DNA of 33,084 nucleotides from an uncultured Pseudoflavonifractor sp. (GCA_947565875.1 CANOHR010000001.1:1-33084); one strand, 5' to 3'. Positions 1 to 9,122 are shown, numbered from the stretch's first letter. The notes: generated by a model not told the origin, from the sequence alone. Program-made: numbers and translations.

Positions 1-1077
1 TTCCCTGTCCGGGAGGACGTGGTGAGCGCCGATCCCGACGGCTGGACCCACAATGTGGAGACCTACCTGTCCAACGGCGCTTACAAGCTGGCCCAGTGGG
101 ACCACAACAGCCAGATCATCATGGCCAAGAACGAGAACTACTATGATTTCGACAAGCTGGGCCCCGACACCATCACCTTCAAGCTGATGGACGACAACAA
201 CGCCATGCTGACCGGCTTCAACTCCGGCGAGCTGGACTTCATCGAGGATATGCCCGTGGACGAGATCCCCTCTCTGCTCAGCAGCGGCGATCTGCGGATC
301 GTGCCCTACATCGGCACCTACTACGTCTGCTACAACGTGGAGAAGGCTCCCTTTGACGATCCTAAGGTCCGTCAGGCCTTCACCCTGGCCATCGACGCCC
401 AGTATATCGTGGAGAACGTGACTCAGACCGGTCAGGTCCCCGCCTCCGGCTTTGTGCCCTCCGGCGTGGCCGGCGCGGACGGCGACTTCCGCACCGAGGG
501 CGGCGACTACTGGACTCCTGCCACCGACGACGCCCAGTATGAGAAGAACTGCGAGCAGGCCCGTCAGCTTCTGGCTGAGGCCGGCTATCCCAACGGCGAG
601 GGCTTCCCCACCGTCACCTACCTCTACAACACCTCCGACAACCACAAGAAGATCGGTGAGGCCCTGCAGCAGCAGTGGCAGACCGCTCTGGGCGTGGAGG
701 TCAAGCTGGAGAACCAGGAGTGGGCTGCCTTCCTGGAGAACCGTAAGGACGGCGAGTATCAGATCGCCCGGAACGGCTGGATCGCTGACTATAACGATCC
801 CATTTCCTTCCTGGATATGTGGCTCACCGGCGGCGGCAACAACGACGCTCAGTACAGCAATCCTGACTACGACGCCGCCATCAACGAGGCCAAGTCCACC
901 GCCGATCCCGCTGCCCGTATGGCCGCCATGCACAAGGCTGAGGACATTATCATGGGTCAGGATTGGGCTCTGGGCCCCATCTACTTCTACACCCAGAAGT
1001 ATATGCTCAACACCGACGTGAAGGGTATGTACTACACCCCCCTGGGCTACTTCTTCTTTGACCGCTGCACGAAGTAA
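1..1077 (+). CDS. oppA: Oligopeptide ABC transporter substrate-binding protein (family 5), 5'-truncated by window edge
   Basis: Frame open from base 1; motifs SNGAYKL, KNENYYD, PFDDPKVRQAFTLAID, GWIADYNDPISFL; strong codon bias. Confidence 0.9.
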   Translation, partial: FPVREDVVSADPDGWTHNVETYLSNGAYKLAQWDHNSQIIMAKNENYYDFDKLGPDTITFKLMDDNNAMLTGFNSGELDFIEDMPVDEIPSLLSSGDLRIVPYIGTYYVCYNVEKAPFDDPKVRQAFTLAIDAQYIVENVTQTGQVPASGFVPSGVAGADGDFRTEGGDYWTPATDDAQYEKNCEQARQLLAEAGYPNGEGFPTVTYLYNTSDNHKKIGEALQQQWQTALGVEVKLENQEWAAFLENRKDGEYQIARNGWIADYNDPISFLDMWLTGGGNNDAQYSNPDYDAAINEAKSTADPAARMAAMHKAEDIIMGQDWALGPIYFYTQKYMLNTDVKGMYYTPLGYFFFDRCTK

Positions 1078-1093
1078 TCAAAGAAACATGCTG

Positions 1094-1127
1094 AGGAGCG
1101 GCTGCCGTAAGGCAGCCGCTCCTTTTT
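1094..1127 (+). terminator. Rho-independent terminator of oppA (mirror 31874-31907)
   Basis: AGGAGCGGCTGCC-GTAA-GGCAGCCGCTCCT followed by T-run. Confidence 0.9.
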
Positions 1128-1176
1128 GTTGTTTGTGGAGGAAATGAAAACTTCGCGGGGCGCGCCGTTCCCAGGT

Positions 1177-1344
1177 GGGCCGGTTTGGAACCGGCCCCTA
1201 CAAAATGATCCCACCTTTCGTAGGGCGCGGCATCCTTGACGCGCCGGAACCATGGGGGTGACCATCGGCGGTGCATCCGGGAGGCCGCGCCCTACGGTCC
1301 TGCCAGGGGCATTCCATTCCTGCCCGGGCGCACATTGTGTGCCC
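1177..1344. repeat. Cluster of GTAG-type REP-like hairpins
   Basis: (-)1177-1201 GTAGGGGCCGGTTCCAAACCGGCCC; (+)1220-1246 GTAGGGCGCGGCATCCTTGACGCGCCG; (-)1266-1295 GTAGGGCGCGGCCTCCCGGATGCACCGCCG; hairpin GGGCGCACATTGTGTGCCC 1326-1344. Confidence 0.75.
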
Positions 1345-1397
1345 GCCAAGGCATGGCGCCACCCCGATAATTTTTAATTTCTTTTTTTAAAATGGTG

Positions 1398-1406
1398 TGT
1401 TATAAT
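1398..1406 (+). promoter_or_regulatory. Extended -10 sigma-A promoter element
   Basis: TG-T-TATAAT upstream of RBS AAGGAGG. Confidence 0.65.
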
Positions 1407-1432
1407 AAAGCCACCAAAGGAGGGTGATGGCA

Positions 1433-2038
1433 ATGGCGGAACTCTATATTACCATTGGTCGACAGTTTGGCAGCGGAGGCCGGGAGATCGGGAAAAAGGT
1501 GGCCCAGGCCCTGAACATTCCCTACTACGATAAAGAAATTCTGGCAGTGGCCGCCCAGGAGAGCGGCCTGAGTCATGAGTTTTTGAAGAGTTATGATGAA
1601 AAGCCCACCAACAGCTTCCTTTACTCTCTGGTCATGGGCCAGCAGCGCCTTTCCCCCGGCATGGCGGGGAATACGGTGGAGCAGCTGGCCGCTAACGCTC
1701 AACGGGAGGCGGTACTGTCGGTGGCGGCCAAGGGAAGCTGCGTGATCGTAGGCCGCTGCGCCGACTATATTCTCCGGGATAAGCCCGGACTGGTGCGGGT
1801 ATTTGTCTGCGCCGGCCATGACGCCCGTCTACAGCGGGTGGTTCGCCGGGACGGCGTCGGTGAGAAGGAGGCGGAGGAGAAGCTGCGGAAGATGGACAAG
1901 ACCCGCGCTTCCTATTATAGCTTCCACACCGACCGGAAATGGGGCGCCGCCGAGAGTTACGACCTGTGCGTTAGTTCCTCCCTTCATGGGGTGGACGCGG
2001 CGGTCCGGGTGATCCTGGAGTATTGCAAAGGCGAATAA
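1433..2038 (+). CDS. Cytidylate kinase-like family protein (P-loop NMP kinase fold)
   Basis: ITIGRQFGSGGREIG, YYDKEIL, SCVIVGRCADYIL, DKTRASYY..YDLCVSS; RBS AAGGAGG; start 1433 chosen from RBS spacing. Confidence 0.85.
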   Translation: MAELYITIGRQFGSGGREIGKKVAQALNIPYYDKEILAVAAQESGLSHEFLKSYDEKPTNSFLYSLVMGQQRLSPGMAGNTVEQLAANAQREAVLSVAAKGSCVIVGRCADYILRDKPGLVRVFVCAGHDARLQRVVRRDGVGEKEAEEKLRKMDKTRASYYSFHTDRKWGAAESYDLCVSSSLHGVDAAVRVILEYCKGE

Positions 2039-2048
2039 GAAAACCGGA

Positions 2049-2081
2049 GAAGCTCCCGCCTGTGGGCGGGAGCTTCCTTTT
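2049..2081 (+). terminator. Rho-independent terminator
   Basis: GAAGCTCCCGCC-TGTG-GGCGGGAGCTTC-CTTTT. Confidence 0.85.
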
Positions 2082-2122
2082 GCATGTCAATATGAATATT
2101 ATTCATATTGACATGCAAAAGG
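2076..2122. repeat. Perfect 47-bp AT-rich palindrome (23-bp arms, 1-nt centre; mirror 30879-30925)
   Basis: CCTTTTGCATGTCAATATGAATA-T-TATTCATATTGACATGCAAAAGG. Confidence 0.95.
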
Positions 2123-2201
2123 GTATATAAAAGAAACGAGAAAAACAATTGAAGGCAAAAGATGGAAAGGATTTTTGTGGATAATGACGATGAAATTAGG
2201 G

Positions 2202-2236
2202 TTGTATTTTATAAACTAAATATGTATAATTATGCA
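2202..2236 (+). promoter_or_regulatory. Sigma-A promoter overlapped by ARG-box-like operator
   Basis: TTGTAT-17-TATAAT; TGTAT-AATT-ATGCA (2223-2236) resembles ArgR box core TGAAT-N4-ATTCA. Confidence 0.65.
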
Positions 2237-2266
2237 TATCCCCAAGAGGAAAAGGAGTGCATGAAC

Positions 2267-3220
2267 ATGAAACACCTGACTACGAAAAAGATTCTGGCTC
2301 TGGGCCTTGGCGCCGCTATGAGCCTTTCCCTTTTTACCGGCTGCGGCGGACGAAGCGGGGAGACCAAGGCGCCCTCCTCCCAAAGTTCCGCGCCGGAGGA
2401 AAAGGAGGCCGCAGACTACGGCGGGATGACCATTGATGAGTTAAAGCCTCTTCTTCAGACGGTAAACGAGGGGAAGCTGACCATGGTCACCAGTCCTGAC
2501 TTTGCCCCCGCTGAGTTTTATGTGATCGGAGATGACGGGACCCCTACCCTGGCGGGAATGGATATTGCTTTGGCCGGATACATTGCCGGCTACCTGGGCC
2601 TGGAACTGGAGATCGTGCCCATTGACTTTGACGGCGTGTTGATGGAGATCCAGAACAAGGCCGCCGACATCGCCCTGGCGGGTCTTGCCGCCGATCCCAA
2701 GCGGACGGGTATCATGGACTTTACCGTTCCCTACGAGGTAGACCCGGAGAGCAACCAGTGCTTTATCTGTCTGGAGGAGGACAAGGACAACTTCCCCAGC
2801 CTGGAGGCCACCAGCGACCCTCAGTACCAGATCGGCGCTCAGATCGGTTCCATCCAGTCGGACTTTGCCGATCAGTTCAGCCCCAACGCGGAAATTATCC
2901 GGTTGGGAAAGGTCACCGACATTATCAATGAACTTCTTGCCGGTAAGCTGGACGGGGCCTACATGTCCATGGATACCGCCGAGGCTTACCACTCCACCTA
3001 TCCCCAGATCGCTATCGTGCTGGACGTTCCCAACGACTTTGCCGGCACTTGTGCCGGGGTAGTCAAGGACAATCCGGCCCTTCTGGCGGCGGTAAACCTG
3101 GCTATTGAGTCTGCGGTGGACCAGGGTCTGGTAGCTCAGTATAAGGAAAAGGCCATGGAGCAGGCCACCGGAAACATTTATGAGGGGCTGTTGGATGCCC
3201 AGGGAAATACCCAGGAATAA
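2267..3220 (+). CDS. Polar amino-acid ABC transporter substrate-binding lipoprotein (family 3), paralog 1
   Basis: Signal peptide with lipobox LFTG-C; GKLTMVTSPDFAPAEF, G.DI.LA..IA..LGLELEI, DFDG, QIGSIQ; RBS AAGGAG before ATG 2267. Confidence 0.88.
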   Translation: MKHLTTKKILALGLGAAMSLSLFTGCGGRSGETKAPSSQSSAPEEKEAADYGGMTIDELKPLLQTVNEGKLTMVTSPDFAPAEFYVIGDDGTPTLAGMDIALAGYIAGYLGLELEIVPIDFDGVLMEIQNKAADIALAGLAADPKRTGIMDFTVPYEVDPESNQCFICLEEDKDNFPSLEATSDPQYQIGAQIGSIQSDFADQFSPNAEIIRLGKVTDIINELLAGKLDGAYMSMDTAEAYHSTYPQIAIVLDVPNDFAGTCAGVVKDNPALLAAVNLAIESAVDQGLVAQYKEKAMEQATGNIYEGLLDAQGNTQE

Positions 3221-3334
3221 AAAATATAGAATATGCAAGCAAGTATTCATGTCTGATATATAAAGTTGATCGTTTATCACAGAAAAGATAGACAGTAGTC
3301 CTGCATTTTGTATAGTATAACTGAGAAAAAAGGG

Positions 3335-3369
3335 TTGCATCCCCACTCTCTCATGCGTATAATTATACA
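3335..3369 (+). promoter_or_regulatory. Sigma-A promoter overlapped by ARG-box-like operator
   Basis: TTGCAT-17-TATAAT; CGTAT-AATT-ATACA (3356-3369). Confidence 0.6.
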
Positions 3370-3398
3370 TACATCCAAGAGGAAAGGAAGCATTGGAA

Positions 3399-4340
3399 AT
3401 GAAAAATTGGAAGAAGATCGGGGCTCTGGCCCTGGCCACCGTTATGAGTCTGTCCCTGCTCACCGCCTGCGGCGGTGGAGCCGACACCACCCCTGCTCCT
3501 GAGAGCGCCGCTCCCGTGGAGAGCGGTCCGGTGGAAAAGGACTACAATGAGATGACCATCGAGGAGTTGAAGCCCCTTCTCAAGACCGTCACCGACGGCA
3601 AGCTCACCGTGGCTACCAGCCCCGACTTTGCCCCTTACGAGTTCTACGCCATTGATGAGGCCGGGGATCCCCACATTGCCGGCTTTGACATGGGCCTTGC
3701 CCAGTATGTGGCCGATTATCTGGGCCTGGAACTGGAGATCGTGCCCATCGACTTTGACGGCGTACTGATGGAGCTTCAGAACAAGTCCTCCGACCTGGGC
3801 ATGGCGGGCCTCTCCCCCGACCCCAAGCGGGATGGCATCATGGACTTTTCCGAGATCTATTATCTGGGCGGCCAGTCCTTCTGCTGCTTGGAGTCCAACA
3901 AGGACCTGTTCCCGGATCTGGCCTCCACCAACAAGCCTGAGTATGAGATCGGCGCCCAGACCGGCTCCATCCAGGTGGACCTGATGCAGACCAACAGCCC
4001 CGACTCCACCCAGGTCCAGCTGGCCAAGGTCACCGACATCATTGCCGAGCTTCTGGCGGGCAAGCTGGACGGCGCTTACATCGAGACCGCCGTAGCCGAG
4101 AGCTACAAGACCAACTACCCCGACCTCTGCGTGGCGCTGGATGTGCCCTATGAGGCGGCCGCCGGCTCCGCCATCGGCGTACAGAAGGACAATCCCGCCC
4201 TTCTGGCGGCGGTGAACCTGGCGGTGAAGGCCGCCATGGAAGACGGCAGCATGGACAAGTTCGTGGCCGAGGCCAACGAGCTGGCCTCCGGCAATGTGTA
4301 CGAGGGCCTGCTGGACGCCGACGGCAAGACCCAGGACTAA
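3399..4340 (+). CDS. Polar amino-acid ABC transporter substrate-binding lipoprotein (family 3), paralog 2
   Basis: Lipobox LLTA-C; ATSPDFAPYEF, AGLSPDPKR, MDFSEIYY, GAQTGSIQ. Confidence 0.92.
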   Translation: MKNWKKIGALALATVMSLSLLTACGGGADTTPAPESAAPVESGPVEKDYNEMTIEELKPLLKTVTDGKLTVATSPDFAPYEFYAIDEAGDPHIAGFDMGLAQYVADYLGLELEIVPIDFDGVLMELQNKSSDLGMAGLSPDPKRDGIMDFSEIYYLGGQSFCCLESNKDLFPDLASTNKPEYEIGAQTGSIQVDLMQTNSPDSTQVQLAKVTDIIAELLAGKLDGAYIETAVAESYKTNYPDLCVALDVPYEAAAGSAIGVQKDNPALLAAVNLAVKAAMEDGSMDKFVAEANELASGNVYEGLLDADGKTQD

Positions 4341-4360
4341 AGCCTGAAGGATGCTTGTTT

Positions 4361-4395
4361 CCGATCCCTCCCCTGCCCATCCGGGGAGGGATCGG
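4361..4395 (+). other. Intercistronic 13-bp stem-loop (mRNA stabiliser or partial terminator)
   Basis: CCGATCCCTCCCC-9nt-GGGGAGGGATCGG between binding-protein and permease genes, no strong U-tract. Confidence 0.6.
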
Positions 4396-4432
4396 CTTAT
4401 TCCGGCTTGGAAGCGAAAGGAGAAAGCCGCCC

Positions 4433-5225
4433 ATGATCAAACTCGATAATTTTCCCAGGATCCTACCCTTTTTACAGATGTTTAAGGAGGGCGTCGGCGT
4501 TACCGTTCTGCTCTCTCTGTGTACTGTACTCATCGGCTTTGCCCTGGCCCTGGTGCTGGCGGTGATGCGCATGAGCAATTTCCGCCCCTTCCTCATGCTC
4601 TCCCACGCCTTTCCCAAGGTCTTTGGCTTTTTTGAGCGGGACAGGGAGGGGATGAAGCTGGATTCCGGTCTTCTTTACCATGTGGGCCGCTTCAATCCCT
4701 TCAGCTTTTTAGCCACCGCCTATGTGGAGATCATCCGCTCCACCCCCGTTCTGGTCCAGATCTGGATCATCTACTACGGCGTCTTCAACGCCATTAAGCT
4801 GCCCACCTTCAAGCTCTTTGGCTTTATCGCCTTCAACCGGTTTTTCCCCGGCGCCATGACCCTGGGCATCAACTCAGCGGCCTATCTGTGCGAGATCATC
4901 CGCTCCGGAATGCAGTCGGTGGACGGGGGCCAGACCGAGGCGGCCCGGTCCTTGGGCCTCAAGCAGCTTCAGAACCTGCGTTACATCATCATGCCCCAGG
5001 CTCTGAAGAACATCCTGCCCGCCATTGCCAACGAGTTCGTCACCATTATCAAGGAGTCCGCCATCGTCTGGACCATCGGCGTAGCCGACATTATGGCCGC
5101 TGTCAACGCGGTAAAGGGAGCCACCTACATTATTATGGAGCCGCTGATCGTGGCCGCGGGGATCTACTTCTGTTTGTGCTTCCCCACCAGCAAGCTCATC
5201 GCCTATGTAGAGAGGAGGATGCGCC

Positions 5226-5242
<17 letters not shown>
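4433..5242 (+). CDS. Polar amino-acid ABC transporter permease (HisQ/GlnP type)
   Basis: [29 protein letters not shown] loop [36 protein letters not shown]. Confidence 0.92.
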
Positions 5243-6017
<775 letters not shown>

Positions 6018-6018
6018 A

Positions 6019-6160
6019 GGGCGTGCCGAGGGCGTCACGCCCTACAGGAAAAGGGACACCAAAATATATTTTGTAGGGCGCGACGCCTCGGCGCGCCCTG
6101 GGTGCGGGATCACCCACCCAACAGAGGCGTATTCTTTGCAGAGACGGTTCATGAACCGTC
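6019..6160. repeat. Cluster of GTAG-type REP-like hairpins
   Basis: (-)6019-6045 GTAGGGCGTGACGCCCTCGGCACGCCC; (+)6073-6098 GTAGGGCGCGACGCCTCGGCGCGCCC; perfect 18-bp palindrome GACGGTTCATGAACCGTC 6143-6160 preceded by GCAGA. Confidence 0.75.
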
Positions 6161-6184
6161 CAATTTCCAAAGGAGTGTTTCCCT

Positions 6185-7630
6185 ATGGATAAAAACAAGC
6201 AGCTTGCCCTTGACGCCATCGACGCCAAGGCTGCTCTGGTGGCAGAGGTCTCCGACGCCGTCTGGGGATATGCCGAGCTTTCCCTGATGGAATTCAAGTC
6301 GGCGGAAAAGTTTTGCGCTGTCCTGGAGAAGGAGGGCTTCGCGGTGGAAAAGGGGATCTGCAATATCCCCACCGCCTTTGCCGCCTCCTTTGGAAGCGGC
6401 AAGCCCCACATCGGCATCCTGGCCGAGTACGACGCCCTCTCGGGCCTGTCCCAAAAGGCGGGAGGCCTTCAGAAGGAGGAGGTGGAGGCGGGAGGCTGCG
6501 GTCACGGCTGCGGCCACAACATGCTGGGTGCCGGAGCCCTGGCTGCCATTCTGGGGCTGAAGGCCTATCTGGAAGAGACCCACACCCCCGGCACCGTTAC
6601 CCTCTACGGCTGTCCCGGCGAAGAGGGGGGCGCCGCCAAGGCCTTTATGGCGAGGGACGGCCTGTGGAAGAGCCTGGACGCCGCCATCACCTGGCACCCC
6701 TCCGATGGAAACGAGGTAGAGACCGGCTCCTCCAACTCCTGCATTCAGACCCAGTATGTCTTCCACGGCATCGCCTCCCACGCCGCCGGAGACCCGGAGA
6801 TGGGCCGCAGCGCCCTGGACGCGGTGGAACTGATGAACGTGGGGGTCCAGTTCCTCCGGGAGCATATGTCCTCTAAGGCCCGGATCCACTACGCCATCAC
6901 CGACGCCGGCGGACGGAGCCCCAACGTGGTCCAGCCCAAGGCCAGCGTTCTCTATATGGTCCGCTCCAACCATGTCTCTGAAGCGGTGGAACTTCAGAAG
7001 CGGGTGGACGACATTGCCAAGGGCGCCGCCCTTATGACGGGGACCACCTTTGAAAAGAAGTTTATTGACGGCCTGGCCGACACGGTCCCCAATCACACCC
7101 TGGAAAGCGTCCTTTACGAAAACTTTCAGGCCATTGGCGTTCCCACCTATACCGACGAGGAGTATGCCTACATCGACGCCCTGGGCAAGACCTATCCCGG
7201 CGGTGATACCTTTCTCCCCGGTACGGGAGCCAAGAACGACCCCGCCATTGCCGAAGAGGTAAAGGCCCTTCGGAAAAAGAGCGGCCACGCCATCAACGAC
7301 TTTCTTCTGCCTCTCTACCAGGGGGAGGCATTTGAGCCCGGCTCCACCGACGTGGGGGATGTAAGCTGGCTCACCCCCACCGCCCAGGTCCATGTGGCAG
7401 TGTTTGCCAACGGCGCCCCCGGCCACAGCTGGCAGAACGTATCGGTAGGCGGCACCTCCATCGGTCACAAGGCCGCGGTCCATGCCGGAAAGGTCATGGC
7501 TTTGGGGGCTATCGATCTTCTGGAGAAGCCGGAGCTTCTTCAAAAGGCCCGGGCGGAGTTTGAAAAAGCCACCGCCGAAGGCTACACCTGCCCCACCCCC
7601 GCCGACGCGGTCCCGGTGGTGCCCGACTGA
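6185..7630 (+). CDS. M20 family amidohydrolase, AbgB (aminobenzoyl-glutamate utilisation protein B)-like
   Basis: AEYDALSGL, GHGCGHNMLG, GCPGEEGG, TWHP, SHAAGDPEMGRSALDA, PNVV, GSTDVGDVSW; RBS AAGGAG. Confidence 0.88.
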   Translation: MDKNKQLALDAIDAKAALVAEVSDAVWGYAELSLMEFKSAEKFCAVLEKEGFAVEKGICNIPTAFAASFGSGKPHIGILAEYDALSGLSQKAGGLQKEEVEAGGCGHGCGHNMLGAGALAAILGLKAYLEETHTPGTVTLYGCPGEEGGAAKAFMARDGLWKSLDAAITWHPSDGNEVETGSSNSCIQTQYVFHGIASHAAGDPEMGRSALDAVELMNVGVQFLREHMSSKARIHYAITDAGGRSPNVVQPKASVLYMVRSNHVSEAVELQKRVDDIAKGAALMTGTTFEKKFIDGLADTVPNHTLESVLYENFQAIGVPTYTDEEYAYIDALGKTYPGGDTFLPGTGAKNDPAIAEEVKALRKKSGHAINDFLLPLYQGEAFEPGSTDVGDVSWLTPTAQVHVAVFANGAPGHSWQNVSVGGTSIGHKAAVHAGKVMALGAIDLLEKPELLQKARAEFEKATAEGYTCPTPADAVPVVPD

Positions 7631-7644
7631 TTTTTCAAAGTGGT

Positions 7645-7704
7645 GCCCGGAGTTTTTGACCAGCTACTTTATATAAGTGCCGGTCCAAGGACTCCGGGCC
7701 TTTT
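7645..7704 (+). terminator. Long imperfect hairpin, probable terminator of the amidohydrolase
   Basis: GCCCGGAGT...GACC...ACTT-TATAT-AAGT...GGTC...ACTCCGGGC followed by CTTTT. Confidence 0.55.
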
Positions 7705-7708
7705 CGTC

Positions 7709-7737
7709 TTACCGCGGGGATCCTGAAATGGTATAAT
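7709..7737 (+). promoter_or_regulatory. Sigma-A promoter of the MFS gene
   Basis: TTACCG-17-TATAAT with extended TG. Confidence 0.6.
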
Positions 7738-7767
7738 TTTTTGGCAAAAACAGAAAGGGGAACCCCT

Positions 7768-8931
7768 ATGATCCATCTTCTTTTGGTCATGATCTATTTG
7801 TCCTTTATCAGTCTGGGCCTGCCCGACGCCCTTTTGGGCGCGGCCTGGCCCACCATGTATCCCCAGTTTGGGGTGCCGGTGTCCTACGCCGGGGCCATTT
7901 CCATGATCATCTCCCTGGGGACCATTGTGTCCAGTCTCCAAAGCGACCGGCTGACCCACCGCTTTGGGCCGGGAAAGGTCACCGCTGTCAGCGTGGGACT
8001 TACCGCGGCGGCTCTTTGGGGCTTTTCCGTCAGCGGCTCCTTCTGGATGCTCTGCCTGTGGGCCATCCCCTACGGGCTGGGGGCCGGAAGCGTGGACGCC
8101 GCCCTTAATAACTATGTGGCCCTCCATTACGCCAGCCGCCATATGAGTTGGCTTCACTGTATGTGGGGGATCGGAGCCACCACAGGGCCTTATATCATGG
8201 GCTGGGCCCTCACCGGAGGCCTGGGGTGGAATATGGGCTACCGGATCATCGCCCTTGTTCAGATCTTTCTTACCGCACTGCTGGTGTTTACCCTTCCCCT
8301 GTGGAAAGGAAAAGGAGAGGAGAGGGCCGAGGGAAAGGAAAACGGGGCGGACCGGCCCATTTCTCTGAAAGAGATCTTTGCCATCCCCGGAGTTCGGGCG
8401 ATCATCGCCATATTTTTTTGCTATTGCGCTTTGGAGTCGGGAGCGGGCCTTTGGGCGGGAAGCTACCTGACCCTGGAGTGGGGCGTGGAGGCGGAGCGGG
8501 CGGCGGGCTACGCGGGAATGTTTTATCTGGGCATTACCCTGGGCCGGGCGGTGGCCGGCTTCATCACCTTTAAGCTGGGGGACCACCAGATGATCCGGCT
8601 GGGCCAGGTTATCATCCTGGTGGGAGCCGCCGCCTTGCTGATCCCGGTGGGGCCGGGGATGGCGGTGGTGGGTCTTGTTTTGGTAGGGCTGGGCTGTGCC
8701 CCCATTTATCCCAGCATTATTCACTCCACCCCCGCCTTCTTCGGCGCGGAGCGGAGCCAGGCCATCATCGGGGTCCAGATGGCAAGCGCCTATGTGGGCT
8801 CCTGCCTGATGCCTCCCCTATTTGGGGTGCTGGCGAACCATGTGGGGGCGGGGCTGCTGCCCTTTTTCCTGCTGGCGCTGCTGGCCCTGATGGCCTTTGG
8901 ACATGAGAGGCTTTTAAAGAGAACTGTATGA
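7768..8931 (+). CDS. MFS transporter
   Basis: Multiple hydrophobic segments in two halves; FISLGLPDALLG, SDRLTHRFG (motif A-like), GLGAGSVDAALN, GLGCAPIYP. Confidence 0.88.
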   Translation: MIHLLLVMIYLSFISLGLPDALLGAAWPTMYPQFGVPVSYAGAISMIISLGTIVSSLQSDRLTHRFGPGKVTAVSVGLTAAALWGFSVSGSFWMLCLWAIPYGLGAGSVDAALNNYVALHYASRHMSWLHCMWGIGATTGPYIMGWALTGGLGWNMGYRIIALVQIFLTALLVFTLPLWKGKGEERAEGKENGADRPISLKEIFAIPGVRAIIAIFFCYCALESGAGLWAGSYLTLEWGVEAERAAGYAGMFYLGITLGRAVAGFITFKLGDHQMIRLGQVIILVGAAALLIPVGPGMAVVGLVLVGLGCAPIYPSIIHSTPAFFGAERSQAIIGVQMASAYVGSCLMPPLFGVLANHVGAGLLPFFLLALLALMAFGHERLLKRTV

Positions 8932-8973
8932 TCGCTGCCGGTATCGGCGCTATAATGAGGCACCAGACAGGGC

Positions 8974-9035
8974 GGCGGGCCAGGGCGTCCCGCCCTACGG
9001 TCTTAATAAACGCAGGCGTCGGATATCATCCGCCC
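8974..9035. repeat. GTAG-type REP-like hairpins
   Basis: (-)8974-8998 GTAGGGCGGGACGCCCTGGCCCGCC; degenerate (+)9012-9035 GCAGGCGTCGGATATCATCCGCCC. Confidence 0.65.
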
Positions 9036-9075
9036 GGTCTTTGGCCCTGTACTGCCCTAAAAATAAAATAGACGC

Positions 9076-9112
9076 TGAAAAAGCTCCCCGCCAACGGCGG
9101 GGAGCTTTTTCA
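9076..9112. terminator. Bidirectional terminator between convergent MFS and ridA genes
   Basis: TGAAAAAGCTCCCCGCC-AAC-GGCGGGGAGCTTTTTCA. Confidence 0.9.
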
Positions 9113-9122
9113 TGATCTGATC

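Noticed and set aside
1130..1350. CRISPR array, riboswitch or small ORFs (1007-1276, 1047-1349) in this structured intergenic region
   Set aside because: Repeats are non-identical, in both orientations and not regularly spaced; no cas genes; no riboswitch or T-box consensus recognised; better explained as REP hairpins.
2108..2135. TTGACA in the 47-bp palindrome as a -35 element
   Set aside because: No -10-like hexamer at 16-18 nt spacing on either strand.
2162..2266. Longer N-termini given by the ORF track (2162, 4355, 7741, 11443, 13318, 14849, 16226 starts)
   Set aside because: These extensions run across promoters or terminators; downstream starts have RBSs and give proper signal peptides or family-typical N-termini.
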